Made by a program: the position numbers and the translations under genes. A stretch of 64,000 bases of DNA from an uncultured bacterium. GTDB taxonomy: Bacteria > Acidobacteriota > HRBIN11 > JAKEFK01. The notes beneath the pieces were generated by a model. The model worked only from the letters and a program-made list of their open reading frames with translations. It did no database searches and was not told the DNA's origin. The stretch is taken from positions 1,248,001 through 1,312,000 of the forward strand of contig CAVZQN010000004.1 in NCBI GenBank assembly GCA_963777505.1, in the 5' to 3' direction. This document shows, in pieces, positions 20,631 to 31,029 of the stretch; the first letter of the stretch is position 1, and the number at the start of each line of letters is the position of its first letter.

Positions 20631-21407
20631 ATGTCAACGAAGTCCGACAATTACAGTCCAAAGCTAATGGTCATCCTCTCGCGCGCTAACCGTTCCATCG
20701 CGGATTTTCTGGAAAGCGGGCTAGTCATTTACGGAATTCCGTCATCTGATTTTTGGATTCTGGAAGTTCTTTTGCATAAGGGGCCTTTAGCAATCTCCGC
20801 GATTGCACAAAAAGCGCCTGTGACAAACGCTGCTGCAAAGAAAACCGTGAATCGCCTGAAACATCGTGGGCTCGTGAAGTCTGATGGTGAAATGTTCGAA
20901 TTGACTGATGACGGTCGCAAGTTAGTTGCCGGAATTTACGAACAGCACAAAAAAGATATTGAGACTGTGTTGGGCAGTCTTTCTATTGCTCAGCGCAGAC
21001 AACTTCACGAAATGCTGAAAAAAATCGGGTTGGAAGCCGATCGTCTTCAGCGTGAACGTTCCAAAAAAAGAAGAACTGGACTCGCCCCATGGCAGCTAAG
21101 ACGAGCTACAGAATACATTTCTGAGCACTTTGCACAGCCGGCTCGCATGAAAGAAATTGCAAAACAAACAGGGTTGTCAGAATCGCACTTCGGTCGCGCC
21201 TTCAAATTATCAATGGGTATTTCCCCGCATAAGTGGCAGATCAAGGTGCGAATTTCTGAAGCGCAGGAATTGCTGAAAGAAGGCAAGCTTTCCCTTGCAG
21301 AAATTGCCAATGTTACAGGTTTCGCTGAACAGAGTCATTTCACACGCGTCTTCAAAGAAATCCTTGGCGTCTCGCCTGGAATATGGCAGCGTAAGAATCG
21401 TGCATAA
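20631..21407 (+). CDS. MarR-AraC fusion transcriptional regulator
   Basis: N-terminal MarR wHTH (SDFWILEVLLHKGPL..LTDDGR); C-terminal AraC (GLAPWQLRRA, LSESHFGRAFK, GFAEQSHFTRVF). Confidence 0.88.
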   Translation: MSTKSDNYSPKLMVILSRANRSIADFLESGLVIYGIPSSDFWILEVLLHKGPLAISAIAQKAPVTNAAAKKTVNRLKHRGLVKSDGEMFELTDDGRKLVAGIYEQHKKDIETVLGSLSIAQRRQLHEMLKKIGLEADRLQRERSKKRRTGLAPWQLRRATEYISEHFAQPARMKEIAKQTGLSESHFGRAFKLSMGISPHKWQIKVRISEAQELLKEGKLSLAEIANVTGFAEQSHFTRVFKEILGVSPGIWQRKNRA

Positions 21408-21590
21408 TTTTTCACCTGCTTTTTTAAAACGCCGATTATTTTCAATAAACCGCTGAAAAATTCAATACCAGAAAAATGCCCCACTCTCTTCTTCTGAATA
21501 TGCAATAGCAATTTCTAATTTATTCGAATTCTGATGAAGCAGGCAATAATAACGCTACAAACTTTAGCGATACTGATGAGAAAATAAAAG

Positions 21591-21692
21591 CAAGCATCGA
21601 TAAGAAGGGAACAATTAAGATTGATCCTTTGGAAGCTCTAGATTCCGCGAGCGCTGACTATTTTTCGCAAGAATTGAAAACGCTGAATTGAT
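21591..21692 (+). repeat. 102-bp direct repeat, copy 2
   Basis: Matches 17784-17885. Confidence 0.92.
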
Positions 21693-21742
21693 AGCGCGAA
21701 TGCAGCACGAGCCTTACCCATTTTTTCCCGCGACAATATTTT

Positions 21743-22750
21743 TCATAAGATTATGTTGTTTTGTGGATTCAAAACCGGAGGTAAATCGGTTTCCCCAAGC
21801 ATTTCTCTTATATCAATTTCAACAGCCCGGCTCATTTGTGAGATGGGGACATCATTGGCACTCCCTTCAAATGGATTCTCCGTGCTTTCTCCTACCTGCT
21901 CTAATGAGGTAAATACCCAGGAGATCAAAACGCCAAAAGGTATAACCAACCACACCATGTTTCCTTCCAAAAATCCTGTCACACCATCATTGAGGTTATC
22001 GAATTCCGCGAGTAGGCCAAATGGAAGAAGAATGCAAAACAATTTCACAAATAGCCCGTTAATAGTGGCATACTGCCGGGGATAGGGAAAATTCTTAATT
22101 CTCTCGCTCCGGCCCTGTTGCTGAGAAAAGTCCCTCAAGGCACTATGCAGATCCAGGAATCTGAACTCACTCAATGATTCGTCCTCGCGAAATTTTTTCA
22201 GTGTATTGCTTTGCAAACTCAATAATTGAGTTGCCTTGTTTTTAGCGGATAAAATAGATGTTATCTCTACCTGCGAAATGTATTTTATTAATTCTTGCTC
22301 CAATGGCGTTTCCATTTCAGGAATTGAATAATGTCGTTTGTACTCCTTGTTATAACCTTTATTTACATTTTCCCAATTCCTGGGGGCCCTCAGCTGATAA
22401 CGTAAGGCGGTAAGCCATGCCAAATGGCGATTAATGAGCTCCCGAGATTGATCCGCGTTACCAAGGAAATCTCTGCACATCATGACCCACGATCGGCTGG
22501 CGCTCATCGTTGCTCCCCATATTTGCCTCGCCTCCCAGGTGCGATTGTATGTTTCCCGGTTCCTGAAAGTAATAATGAAAGCTGTTGCTGTACCCAGCAA
22601 ACCAATAATCGAAAAGGGAATGGCCAGCCATGTAAGATCAAACAGCTGGTAAAGTATGGTGGGAATAGTATTCAAGACCAAAAGCCAAAAAATGTTTCTT
22701 CTAGTCCAGAAAAGAAACTCACCAAGGTTGTATGTTTTTCCGGCGTGCAT
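21743..22750 (-). CDS. Bestrophin family ion channel
   Basis: FRN..Y.R.WEAR..WG, ERIKNFPYP, ENPFEGSANDVP. Confidence 0.9.
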   Translation of the reverse strand: MHAGKTYNLGEFLFWTRRNIFWLLVLNTIPTILYQLFDLTWLAIPFSIIGLLGTATAFIITFRNRETYNRTWEARQIWGATMSASRSWVMMCRDFLGNADQSRELINRHLAWLTALRYQLRAPRNWENVNKGYNKEYKRHYSIPEMETPLEQELIKYISQVEITSILSAKNKATQLLSLQSNTLKKFREDESLSEFRFLDLHSALRDFSQQQGRSERIKNFPYPRQYATINGLFVKLFCILLPFGLLAEFDNLNDGVTGFLEGNMVWLVIPFGVLISWVFTSLEQVGESTENPFEGSANDVPISQMSRAVEIDIREMLGETDLPPVLNPQNNIIL

Positions 22751-22840
22751 GACTTTGTTTTTATAAAGTTGAAGTATCTAGACTACATTTCAATCTACAG
22801 CAACCATTTTAGCCTGAATTTCAAGCGTACAACCGATCGT

Positions 22841-24202
22841 TTATTTGTTCATAAAGAATTTCTTGAGTTCGGCCTTTGTTTCATCTGGGCGTTGTTCCAT
22901 GAGCCAGTGTCCGGTGTCCTCAAATTTTATTGAAATAACATTTTCGGCCGCCATTTTAGCTTGAATTTCAAGCGCTCCACCCATTGCTTTGTCGCCTTCA
23001 ATCGTCAGTACCGGCATTTGCAATTTATTCACAACAAATTTGTGGTTATCTTCCGCATCCACAGTGTTAAAGAGTTTAAACATTTCAAAGGCTGCCCGCA
23101 TGGCACCTTCTTGTGCATAGGAGGTTGCATAAAGCTGACGATCTGCTTCAGAAAAAGTCTCAGGATGTGGCGAAAGACTTTGCCAAAAATGTTCCAGGAA
23201 AATGCGTTCACGTCCTTTAACTAATTCGAGTGCAATCGGACTGTTAACATAATGAAAATGCCACAACGCTGGATTCGTATAAACTTTCTCCCAAACATCA
23301 CCAATGCCTGGAATCGGTGCTTCAAGAAGCGCAAGTTTTTCAACTTCATTCGGATACTGGGCTGCGTACGCATACGCTACCATTAGGCCAATGTCATGTC
23401 CGACAAGATCGATTTTTTCATAACCAAGACTTTTTACCAGTTCACGAATGTCAGTTGCTAATGTCTTTTTGTCATATCCCGTTGTTGGGCGAGAAGAATC
23501 GCCAAGCCCACGCATATCCGGTGCAATAATCGTGTATTCCTTGCCAAATTCATCAAAAAGAGGAATCCACATATGTGAAGTATCGCCAAATCCGTGAATC
23601 AAAACGATTACTTTTTTACCATTTCCAGCTCTTAAATAATGAATTTTTGCCCCATTAACATTTGCAAACTGGGATTGATAATTTTTACTTTTAGCAACCT
23701 CGTTCAATTTAGCGTTCACATATTCTGTGCCAGTTGGACCATAACCACTAATCTGCAGAACGACCGGCTGATCACCAGTTCGTGCGTAATGTGGAATGTT
23801 TGGAGATTCGGTGTAAAAACTGCCTGGTGTCAGAGCTTTAAGTTTCTTTTCATCGAACTGTGTCCCATAGCCAATAAACCATGTTCCCGATATGACAGTG
23901 GCAACTCGATCATCAGGATGATCATGGGCTTCGATATTCGTTTTAGCTGGAACTGTTAGTTGAATTGTATATAAACCAGGTTTAGTGGGTTCGCCTTTTA
24001 AGATGCGAGTTTGAATTCCGCTTACTCCAGAAGTTCCCGCACTTGCGCCAATTTGCTTCATCTGATCAATTTCCTTCGGAGTTAAGCGTTGGTCCGCATT
24101 GACTTCCTGCCCTTCGCTAATTGCAAATAAAGATAGCGAAGAAAAAAGAATAATGAACAATCGCCATGTGAATTTCGTAAAGCATCTCCCTATTGTTCTC
24201 AT
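22841..24202 (-). CDS. Secreted cupin + alpha/beta hydrolase (epoxide hydrolase-like) fusion
   Basis: Signal peptide; cupin (AHDHPDDR..VISG, PH); hydrolase (IHGFG, GHDIG, TGHW). Confidence 0.85.
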   Translation of the reverse strand: MRTIGRCFTKFTWRLFIILFSSLSLFAISEGQEVNADQRLTPKEIDQMKQIGASAGTSGVSGIQTRILKGEPTKPGLYTIQLTVPAKTNIEAHDHPDDRVATVISGTWFIGYGTQFDEKKLKALTPGSFYTESPNIPHYARTGDQPVVLQISGYGPTGTEYVNAKLNEVAKSKNYQSQFANVNGAKIHYLRAGNGKKVIVLIHGFGDTSHMWIPLFDEFGKEYTIIAPDMRGLGDSSRPTTGYDKKTLATDIRELVKSLGYEKIDLVGHDIGLMVAYAYAAQYPNEVEKLALLEAPIPGIGDVWEKVYTNPALWHFHYVNSPIALELVKGRERIFLEHFWQSLSPHPETFSEADRQLYATSYAQEGAMRAAFEMFKLFNTVDAEDNHKFVVNKLQMPVLTIEGDKAMGGALEIQAKMAAENVISIKFEDTGHWLMEQRPDETKAELKKFFMNK

Positions 24203-24700
24203 CAGAATTTCTCCTTTTTGATTTACGTTGTTAAGAGTTTATAAAGGATGAATGTAAGGGTAGTAGCAAAACATGGATCGACGCACAGAGTATCCTGTTT
24301 ACACTTATTGCCTTTGTCATTTGTATTGCCATGTCATTATGGGACGCGACACTTTCTGGGAAAGAATCTCACCAACGTAGCGCGCGTAAGGCTGAAAGCT
24401 GGCGTTATCTAAACGATGCGGCTGTCTCGGAATAACAGTCTTCAAGATAAAGTATTGCAAAAACTAAATCAGACTGCACTCCAACAAATTACCATTTACT
24501 TAACGCAGCTCACGCATTGCCGGAGTGAAAAGAAGATTGGGAGGGAGCCGAACAACGCACAGGAGGACGAGCTGACTCGACGATATGTCTTTGACTGCCC
24601 ATTTCATAAAAATTAAATTGCTTCCCAGACACTCCAAGCAGGGCAAAAGCAATGTACGCAGTTTCCTTCATATTAAATAGAGCCGTCTCCGTTCTCGTTG

Positions 24701-25996
24701 CTAGCGCAGTGATTTGAATGCTGCGCGTAGTTCTTGCACGAGCAGCTCGGGTTGTTCCCACGCGGCGAAATGGCCGCCTTTGTCGAGTTTGTTGTAATAG
24801 ATAAGTTTTGGATACGCCTTCTCGGTCCAACTCTTTGGGGCTTGATAGAGCTCGTCGGGAAAGGCGCTTACCGCTGTGGGGATTGGCACGTTTTTCGGTG
24901 CAAAGAAAGCGAGCTTGCTTTCCCAATAGAGACGAGCTGAAGAGACCGTCGTATTCGTCAGCCAATAGAGCGTGATGTTGTCCAGGATGTCATCCCGTGT
25001 AAGTCCCTCACGTTGACCGTCAAATACGCGCGCCATGAGTGCCAAACTAGTCGCGTCATGGTCAAGCATCCATGCGGCCATGCCGACCGGCGAATCCGCG
25101 ATCCCGTAGAGCGTTTGGGGACGGTTCGCCATTTCGTTCGCGTAGCCAAGGCCATGCTTATAGAAAAATGCGAGCTGATCGTACGCGTGCTTTTCGTCGG
25201 CCGACAGACCGGACGGAGCCGGCGCATCGGCAGAAGCCGCCGTGTTGATGTCGTTTGGCACAGTGGCAGGCATGTTTGTATGGATGCCGATCAATTCCGG
25301 AGCTCCCAGCAGGGACATCTGTTCCGTGACCGCATTCCCCCAATCGCCGCCTTGCGCCACGAATCGTGTGTATCCCAGGCGCTTCATCAACACTATCCAC
25401 GCACGTGCGATGCGGATTGGATCCCATCCGGTCGTGGAAGGCTTGCCCGAAAATCCGTAGCCCGGCAGTGACGGAATCACGACATCGAAAGCGTCCGATG
25501 CGCTCCCGCCGTCTTCTGCCGGATTCGTCAGCGGATCGATGATCTTTAACTGCTCGATGATCGAACCGGGCCATCCGTGCGTGACGATAATCGGCAACGC
25601 ATTTTTCTGTTTCGAACGAACGTGAATGAAATGAATATCCACCCCATCGATCTGCGTGATGAATTGTGGAAGGGCGTTCAGTTTCGCCTCGCATTTGTGC
25701 CAATCATAATCTGTTGCCCAATAGCGAGCGAGTTTCTGAATCGTCGCGAGCTGTACGCCCTGCGACTGATCCGCGACAGTCTCCTTGTCTGGCCAACGTG
25801 TAGCAGCGATGCGCTTGCGGAGGTCATCGAGATCAGCTTGCGGAGCGTTGAAATGGAAAGGGCGTATTGCGGACACACCACTGGTAGATTCGCTTTTTTG
25901 TTGTTGTGTGAACACCATTTCTATTGGTAAAAAAAGCATAGTTACCGAAAAGCATATAACGATCAGTTTCAAAACCGTTTGCATCTTGAATATCAT
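24701..25996 (-). CDS. Epoxide hydrolase (EHN-domain family) with signal peptide
   Basis: IRPF, HGWPGS, QGGDWG, GGHFAAWEQP. Confidence 0.92.
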   Translation of the reverse strand: MIFKMQTVLKLIVICFSVTMLFLPIEMVFTQQQKSESTSGVSAIRPFHFNAPQADLDDLRKRIAATRWPDKETVADQSQGVQLATIQKLARYWATDYDWHKCEAKLNALPQFITQIDGVDIHFIHVRSKQKNALPIIVTHGWPGSIIEQLKIIDPLTNPAEDGGSASDAFDVVIPSLPGYGFSGKPSTTGWDPIRIARAWIVLMKRLGYTRFVAQGGDWGNAVTEQMSLLGAPELIGIHTNMPATVPNDINTAASADAPAPSGLSADEKHAYDQLAFFYKHGLGYANEMANRPQTLYGIADSPVGMAAWMLDHDATSLALMARVFDGQREGLTRDDILDNITLYWLTNTTVSSARLYWESKLAFFAPKNVPIPTAVSAFPDELYQAPKSWTEKAYPKLIYYNKLDKGGHFAAWEQPELLVQELRAAFKSLR

Positions 25997-26140
25997 TAGT
26001 AACTCCTAAGAATTCTAATTTCTTAATCATTCAGTTTTCGTAACAATCATTGCAAAAAAGCGAAACGCTGCGGTATCGAATGTTCGCCCACTATATATAG
26101 AGCACCCGTATTCCCCATCGTAGGTGAAATAAGGGATTTT

Positions 26141-26164
26141 GATATTGGACTAAAGTCCAATATC
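26141..26164. promoter_or_regulatory. Perfect palindromic operator candidate
   Basis: GATATTGGACT-AA-AGTCCAATATC in the divergent intergenic region. Confidence 0.6.
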
Positions 26165-26470
26165 CATTCCAAGCAAGCTGGCCACAAAATACATACATCA
26201 CCCTATACAGATGTTAGTTTCGACGCAAATGGACTCAGTACTAGTTGGCAGGGAACTACATTGATCGTATCTTTATTTTAAGAACTTACCTTGGTGATCA
26301 ATGTCATTCGTATGGCACCAAAAGCAGCTTCAATTCAGACGATCCGATGAACCCCGAGGTTCTTACATACAAATCGAGAGAACATTATGAAAATGCGTGG
26401 GGACGCCTCGAGCTTTTCCGAACCGATGAGCGAGGCCGAGATGTCGTTCGCCTGAAAGGAGTTGGCAACA

Positions 26471-27630
26471 ATGACCCAGAAATTTGTGCGTTACAGTCCG
26501 GACGTTGAACAGGAGGAGCCCGATTTCGAACAAACCCTGCAGCAGGTCCTCGATGACATGAAACAGCACATGCGCGGCTCGCTCAAAACCGAGGGGATCG
26601 GGCTTGTGGTGCGCAACGCCCACGCCAAGGGTTACGGTCTTGCCCGGGGAGAATTTGAAATCCTCAGTGGAATGCCGAACGAATATTCGCAGGGCATCTA
26701 CGCCAAACCGGGACGCCACGAAGCCATGGTTCGTTTCTCAAACGGGACCAATCACGTTGGCGGGGATCGGTTCCTTGGACCGATCACCGGCATCGGGCTG
26801 AAGATTTTCGGAATCGAGGGGAAAACTCTTCTGGAAGATGAGCCGGACAGTCACACCTTCGACTATGCGCTGATCAACCACCCGGTCTTCTTCGTCAACA
26901 CGCTCGCGCATTATGTCTTCATTCAGACTTTGTTTGCCAACCTTGGCCTACCGCCGCCAGCGAACCTTACGCCGGAGGAAAGGCAGGCGGCACTCCACCG
27001 CGTTCTCTACAACTTTGTGACGGGCAAGGGCACGCTGCCTCCGGAGCAGTGGGCCTGGGAGGAACTCGGCGCCTTCCTGCATCTCGCGCAAACCAAGCCC
27101 GTGAATCTCCTCCTCTCGACGTATTGGACTATGGGTGCGGTGCGGCATGGCGACTACGTCGCAAAGGTTCGTGTGGCCCCGGTTCAATCGTTCGCCGACC
27201 GCGTTGAACAGCGAGCTCTCGATCTCACTTCTGCCGAACAAGTCTTCCGGCCGGCGCTCGTAGCGGAGCTGCGCAAGCGACCCTACGAGTTCGACATCCA
27301 GGTCCAGCTCTGCACGGATCTGGCTCAAATGCCAGTTGAGAAAACGACAGTACGTTGGCCGAGAGCCTCTCGCCGTATGTGACCGTCGCGAAATTGCGGC
27401 TGCCGCAACAGGATATCGGCGGGGAAGACAATTTCGAGAAGATGGACAAGACTTCGATGGCCGCCTGGCGCGTCACGGAGCAGCACCGTCCGCTCGGCAA
27501 CATCATGCGTTCGCGCAAGGAGGTCTACCGGCAGTCATCGATTCTTCGTCACAAAGCAAACAACCAGGAGCGTAAGGAGCCGAAGAACCTGGCTGAAGTT
27601 TTCGGTGAGCAGATGGCGGCCACCGGGTAG
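26471..27630 (+). CDS. Short catalase-related heme protein (one frameshift near 27360)
   Basis: RNAHAKG distal His, VRFSNG, QVQL, HRPLGNIMRSRKEVY proximal RxxxY; SD AAAGGAG. Confidence 0.88.
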
Positions 27631-27729
27631 CGCATAGCTGACGGACGAGCACCATACGATGAATCAAGCCATCTATGGCAAGCAATCGTTAGTCATTGCG
27701 TTGCCGAGCATTGTTGAAAGGAGACGATT

Positions 27730-29608
27730 ATGCCTGAAAGAACCACTGCCGCGCGTGCCGCGACAGAAAACAGCAAGACCTACGACCAAGTACACCTATG
27801 ACTATGACCACCTCCCGCCCCTGGCGATGGTAGGTGCTGTGACTGAAGCAGAAGCGTTTTCCGCCCGGCCGGATTGGATTCATCTGGTCGCGCGCTCGGC
27901 ACTGAAGATTCTAATCAACAGCATCATGATCGGAGTCAAAAACAAGGGCGGACAATATCGAATTCGTTCAACAAGTGCTCAAAAATATTCAGGCCGTCGC
28001 TCAGCAACTGAACGGCGAAGCTGGGCGTGACCTGAATAACGCAATTGCCATGGAGTTAGAGAAGCAGGGTTCGCCGACTACGCTGCCTCAATTGAAAGCG
28101 CTGCTGGAAGTTGTAATAGAGCCGTTGGCGCAGACGCTCAACCTTAAAACTTTGTTGGACATCGCTCGGATCGTTCAGCAGTTGGGATCTGTTTCCGGTC
28201 CCGCTTCCAGCCTCGAAGATTACAACCAGGTGTTTCAGTTCATTTCATTGCCGGCGGTCAGCCAGAATTTTCGAGAGGATTCGGAGTTTGCCGCCATGCG
28301 GGTGGCTGGGCCGAATCCGTTAACAATCGAGCGGATGAAAACGCTGGACGAGCGACTGCCGATTACTGATGAACAGTATCAGGCGGTGATGGGGACCCAA
28401 GACACGCTGAAGACGGCGCTGGCTGACGGACGGCTTTATCTAGCCGATTATTCCGCGTTTGACGGAGCCGTAAACGGCAGTTTTCCGGCGGGACAGAAGT
28501 TCAACTATGCGCCACTGGCTTTGTTTGCGGTCCCGCGGGCGGACGATCGTTGGTTCCTGTGGCGATTCAGTGCGGGCCGCGGCCAGGCCCGGATAACCCG
28601 ATCTTCCTGCCGCGAGACGGCGATAACTGGTTGATGGCCAAAACCATAGTTCAGGTTGCGGATACCAATGTTCATCAAGCCGCTAGCCATCTTGGACGGA
28701 CGCATCTGTTCATCGAACCGTTCGTTATTGCTACGCACAACCAGTTGTCGCGCACGCATCCGCTCTTTCTTTTGCTCACGCCGCACTTTGAAGGCACGCT
28801 CGCAATCAACGAAGGTGCCTTGAGTCTGCTCGCGTCGCGAGGCCTTGTAGATTTGTTGCTGGCAAGTTCCATAGATCAGTCGCGAGTGTTCGCCGTGAAA
28901 GCCGCGCAGAGCTATCAGCTGAATCTCAACACTTCCACGCTGCCACAGACGCTGGCTCAACGCGGCGTGGACGACGCGAGCCGCTTGCCGGACTACCCCT
29001 ATCGGGACGATGCGCTGCTGCTCTGGGGTGCAATCAATCAATGGGTCGAAGACTACGTGAATCACTACTATGCGTCGGATGCAGCGGTGCAGGGCGATGC
29101 CGAGGTGCAGAATTGGGTGGCTGAGCTGGTCGCGCACGATGGCGGCAGATTGAACAACATCGGCGCGGCGAACAGGATCAGCAAGCGTACGGAATTGGTC
29201 GACTTGATCACGCTGATCTGTTTTACCGCCAGCGCGCAGCATGCTGCAGTGAACTTTCCGCAGGCTCCGCTTATGAGCTATCTGCCTGCGACGCCACCGG
29301 CGGGCTATTCGCCGTTGTCGTCCCTGACGCAGGAAGGCTTCAGTGAAAATGACTTCTTGAAATTCCTGCCACCATTGGATATTGCAAAGGCGCTGTTGGA
29401 CATTTTGTATCTATTGAGCTCGGTGTATTACACGAGACTGGGCGATTACGGCAACAATTACTTCACCGACCCGGTCATTCAGAATCACCTGGCGAAGTTC
29501 CAGCAAGAGTTGATCAAGATCGAAGCGGAGATCAATGAGCGGAACAAGACGCGGACGCCGTACGAATTTCTGCTGCCATCGAAGATTCCGCAGAGCATCA
29601 ATATTTGA
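27730..29608 (+). CDS. Lipoxygenase (about 3 frameshifts)
   Basis: FAAMRVAGPNP, WLMAK, HQAASHLGRTH, YPYRDD, AQHAAVNF, C-terminal IPQSINI iron ligands; SD before ATG 27730. Confidence 0.92.
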
Positions 29609-29700
29609 ACTATCCTCCGGCAGCGAATAATAGAGGAAGCTTTGATTAGGTATGAATCGGGAAGGTCGGGCATTGAATACCTTCGTAGGAACACGCAGTT

Positions 29701-29791
29701 GGAAGAGGACCCTGTCCCCGCCTAAGATTCGCAGCTCGATATTTTTGGGCCGAATGGGTTCGCATCTTAAGCGGGGACAGGGTCCCCTTCC
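29701..29791. repeat. REP/MITE-like inverted repeat element
   Basis: GGAAGAGGACCCTGTCCCCGCCTAAGAT (29701-29728) versus the reverse complement of 29764-29791, 26/28 identical. Confidence 0.75.
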
Positions 29792-29924
29792 TGACTGCAC
29801 GTTTCCCATGAGGTGAGTGCCAGCGTCCCATGACTTAATCAGAGCTTCCTGGAGTTATTACCCAACGCCGTAGGAATCGAGGTTAGCAGGCAAAGCGCTT
29901 GCAGATGCCAGGTCAGCCAGAAGG

Positions 29925-30995
29925 ATGGACACGATGCTCGCGTATCGACTGCTGAAAGCGCAGACTCAACCAGAGTTTCAGGACGTGCCGGATCCGCACG
30001 CAGGACCTGGTCAGGTGGTAGTTAAAGTCGCCGGCTCCGGCCTTTGCCATACCGATTTCACGGTCATCTCCGCGACCGAAACTATTGGAAGGACGATCCG
30101 CCGCCTTTCACGCTCGGGCACGAGATCGCTGGATGGGTGGAAGAGGTAGGAAGCGGAGTGAAGGGGTTTCAACGTGGCGATGCAGTCGCCGTGAACCCAT
30201 CATGGGCCAGTTGCGGACGCTGTCACATGTGCCGGTCAGGGGAAGAAAACTATTGCCTCTATCAGAAGGCGATTCGAGCTCCGGCGTCGGTTACGACGGA
30301 GGACACGCGCCATACGTCCTCGTTCCTGAGGCGAGATTTCTCGTGCCCATCGGCGACCTCGACCCGGTTGAGGCGGCGCCGCTTACCGATGCCGGACTAA
30401 CGACATACACCGCCATCAAGTCAGCGCTTCCTGGGATCTATCCGGGCAGCACCGCAGTCGTGATCGGCATCGGCGGGTTGGGATTCTACGCCATTCAATT
30501 TCTTACGGCAGCTGACTGGCGCACGAGTCGTCGCGGTCGTCTCGCGCGAATCCAAAGTGAAGCTGGCCCGGGAGTACGGCGCCGACGACGTCGTCACGAG
30601 TGGTCCTGACGCGGCGGACCAGATTCGCGGAGCTCACCGGCGGGATCGGGGCGGCCTTCGTCCTGGATTGTGTCGGGTGAAACGCAGACGCTTGCTACCG
30701 GGGTCGCCGCTCTGTCGTGGCGTGGTCGCCTGGCGATGGTCGGTGCGGGCGGTGGATCGATTCCGTTCGACTTCTTCAAGATGCCCCCGGGCGCGCAACT
30801 GGTGACGAGCTTGAACGGCGGGAGCTGTCGCGTTGAAGGAGGTTGTCGACATGGCGGCGTTGGGCCGGATCAAGATCTCTCGTGGATCGTTATCCCTCAA
30901 GCGCGGTAAAGCAGGCGTACGACGATTTCGAGCACGAACGTCTGGTCGGTCGAGCGGTCGTTATTCCCGAGGGAGTGGGAGCAGCCGCAGCGTAA
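29925..30995 (+). CDS. Zn-dependent alcohol dehydrogenase (several frameshifts)
   Basis: [30 protein letters not shown] spread over successive short ORFs. Confidence 0.85.
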
Positions 30996-31029
30996 CGGCG
31001 AGATTCATGTACTGCAAGGAGGAAATGCA

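Noticed and set aside
24368-24412. Possible integron attC site (..CCAAC...GCTGGCGTTAT)
   Set aside because: Poor R-box complementarity, and no integrase or cassette array nearby.
26471-29608. A single catalase-LOX fusion protein disguised by frameshifts
   Set aside because: The catalase ends at a TAG (27630) after a natural-looking tail, and LOX has its own SD and ATG about 100 bp later.
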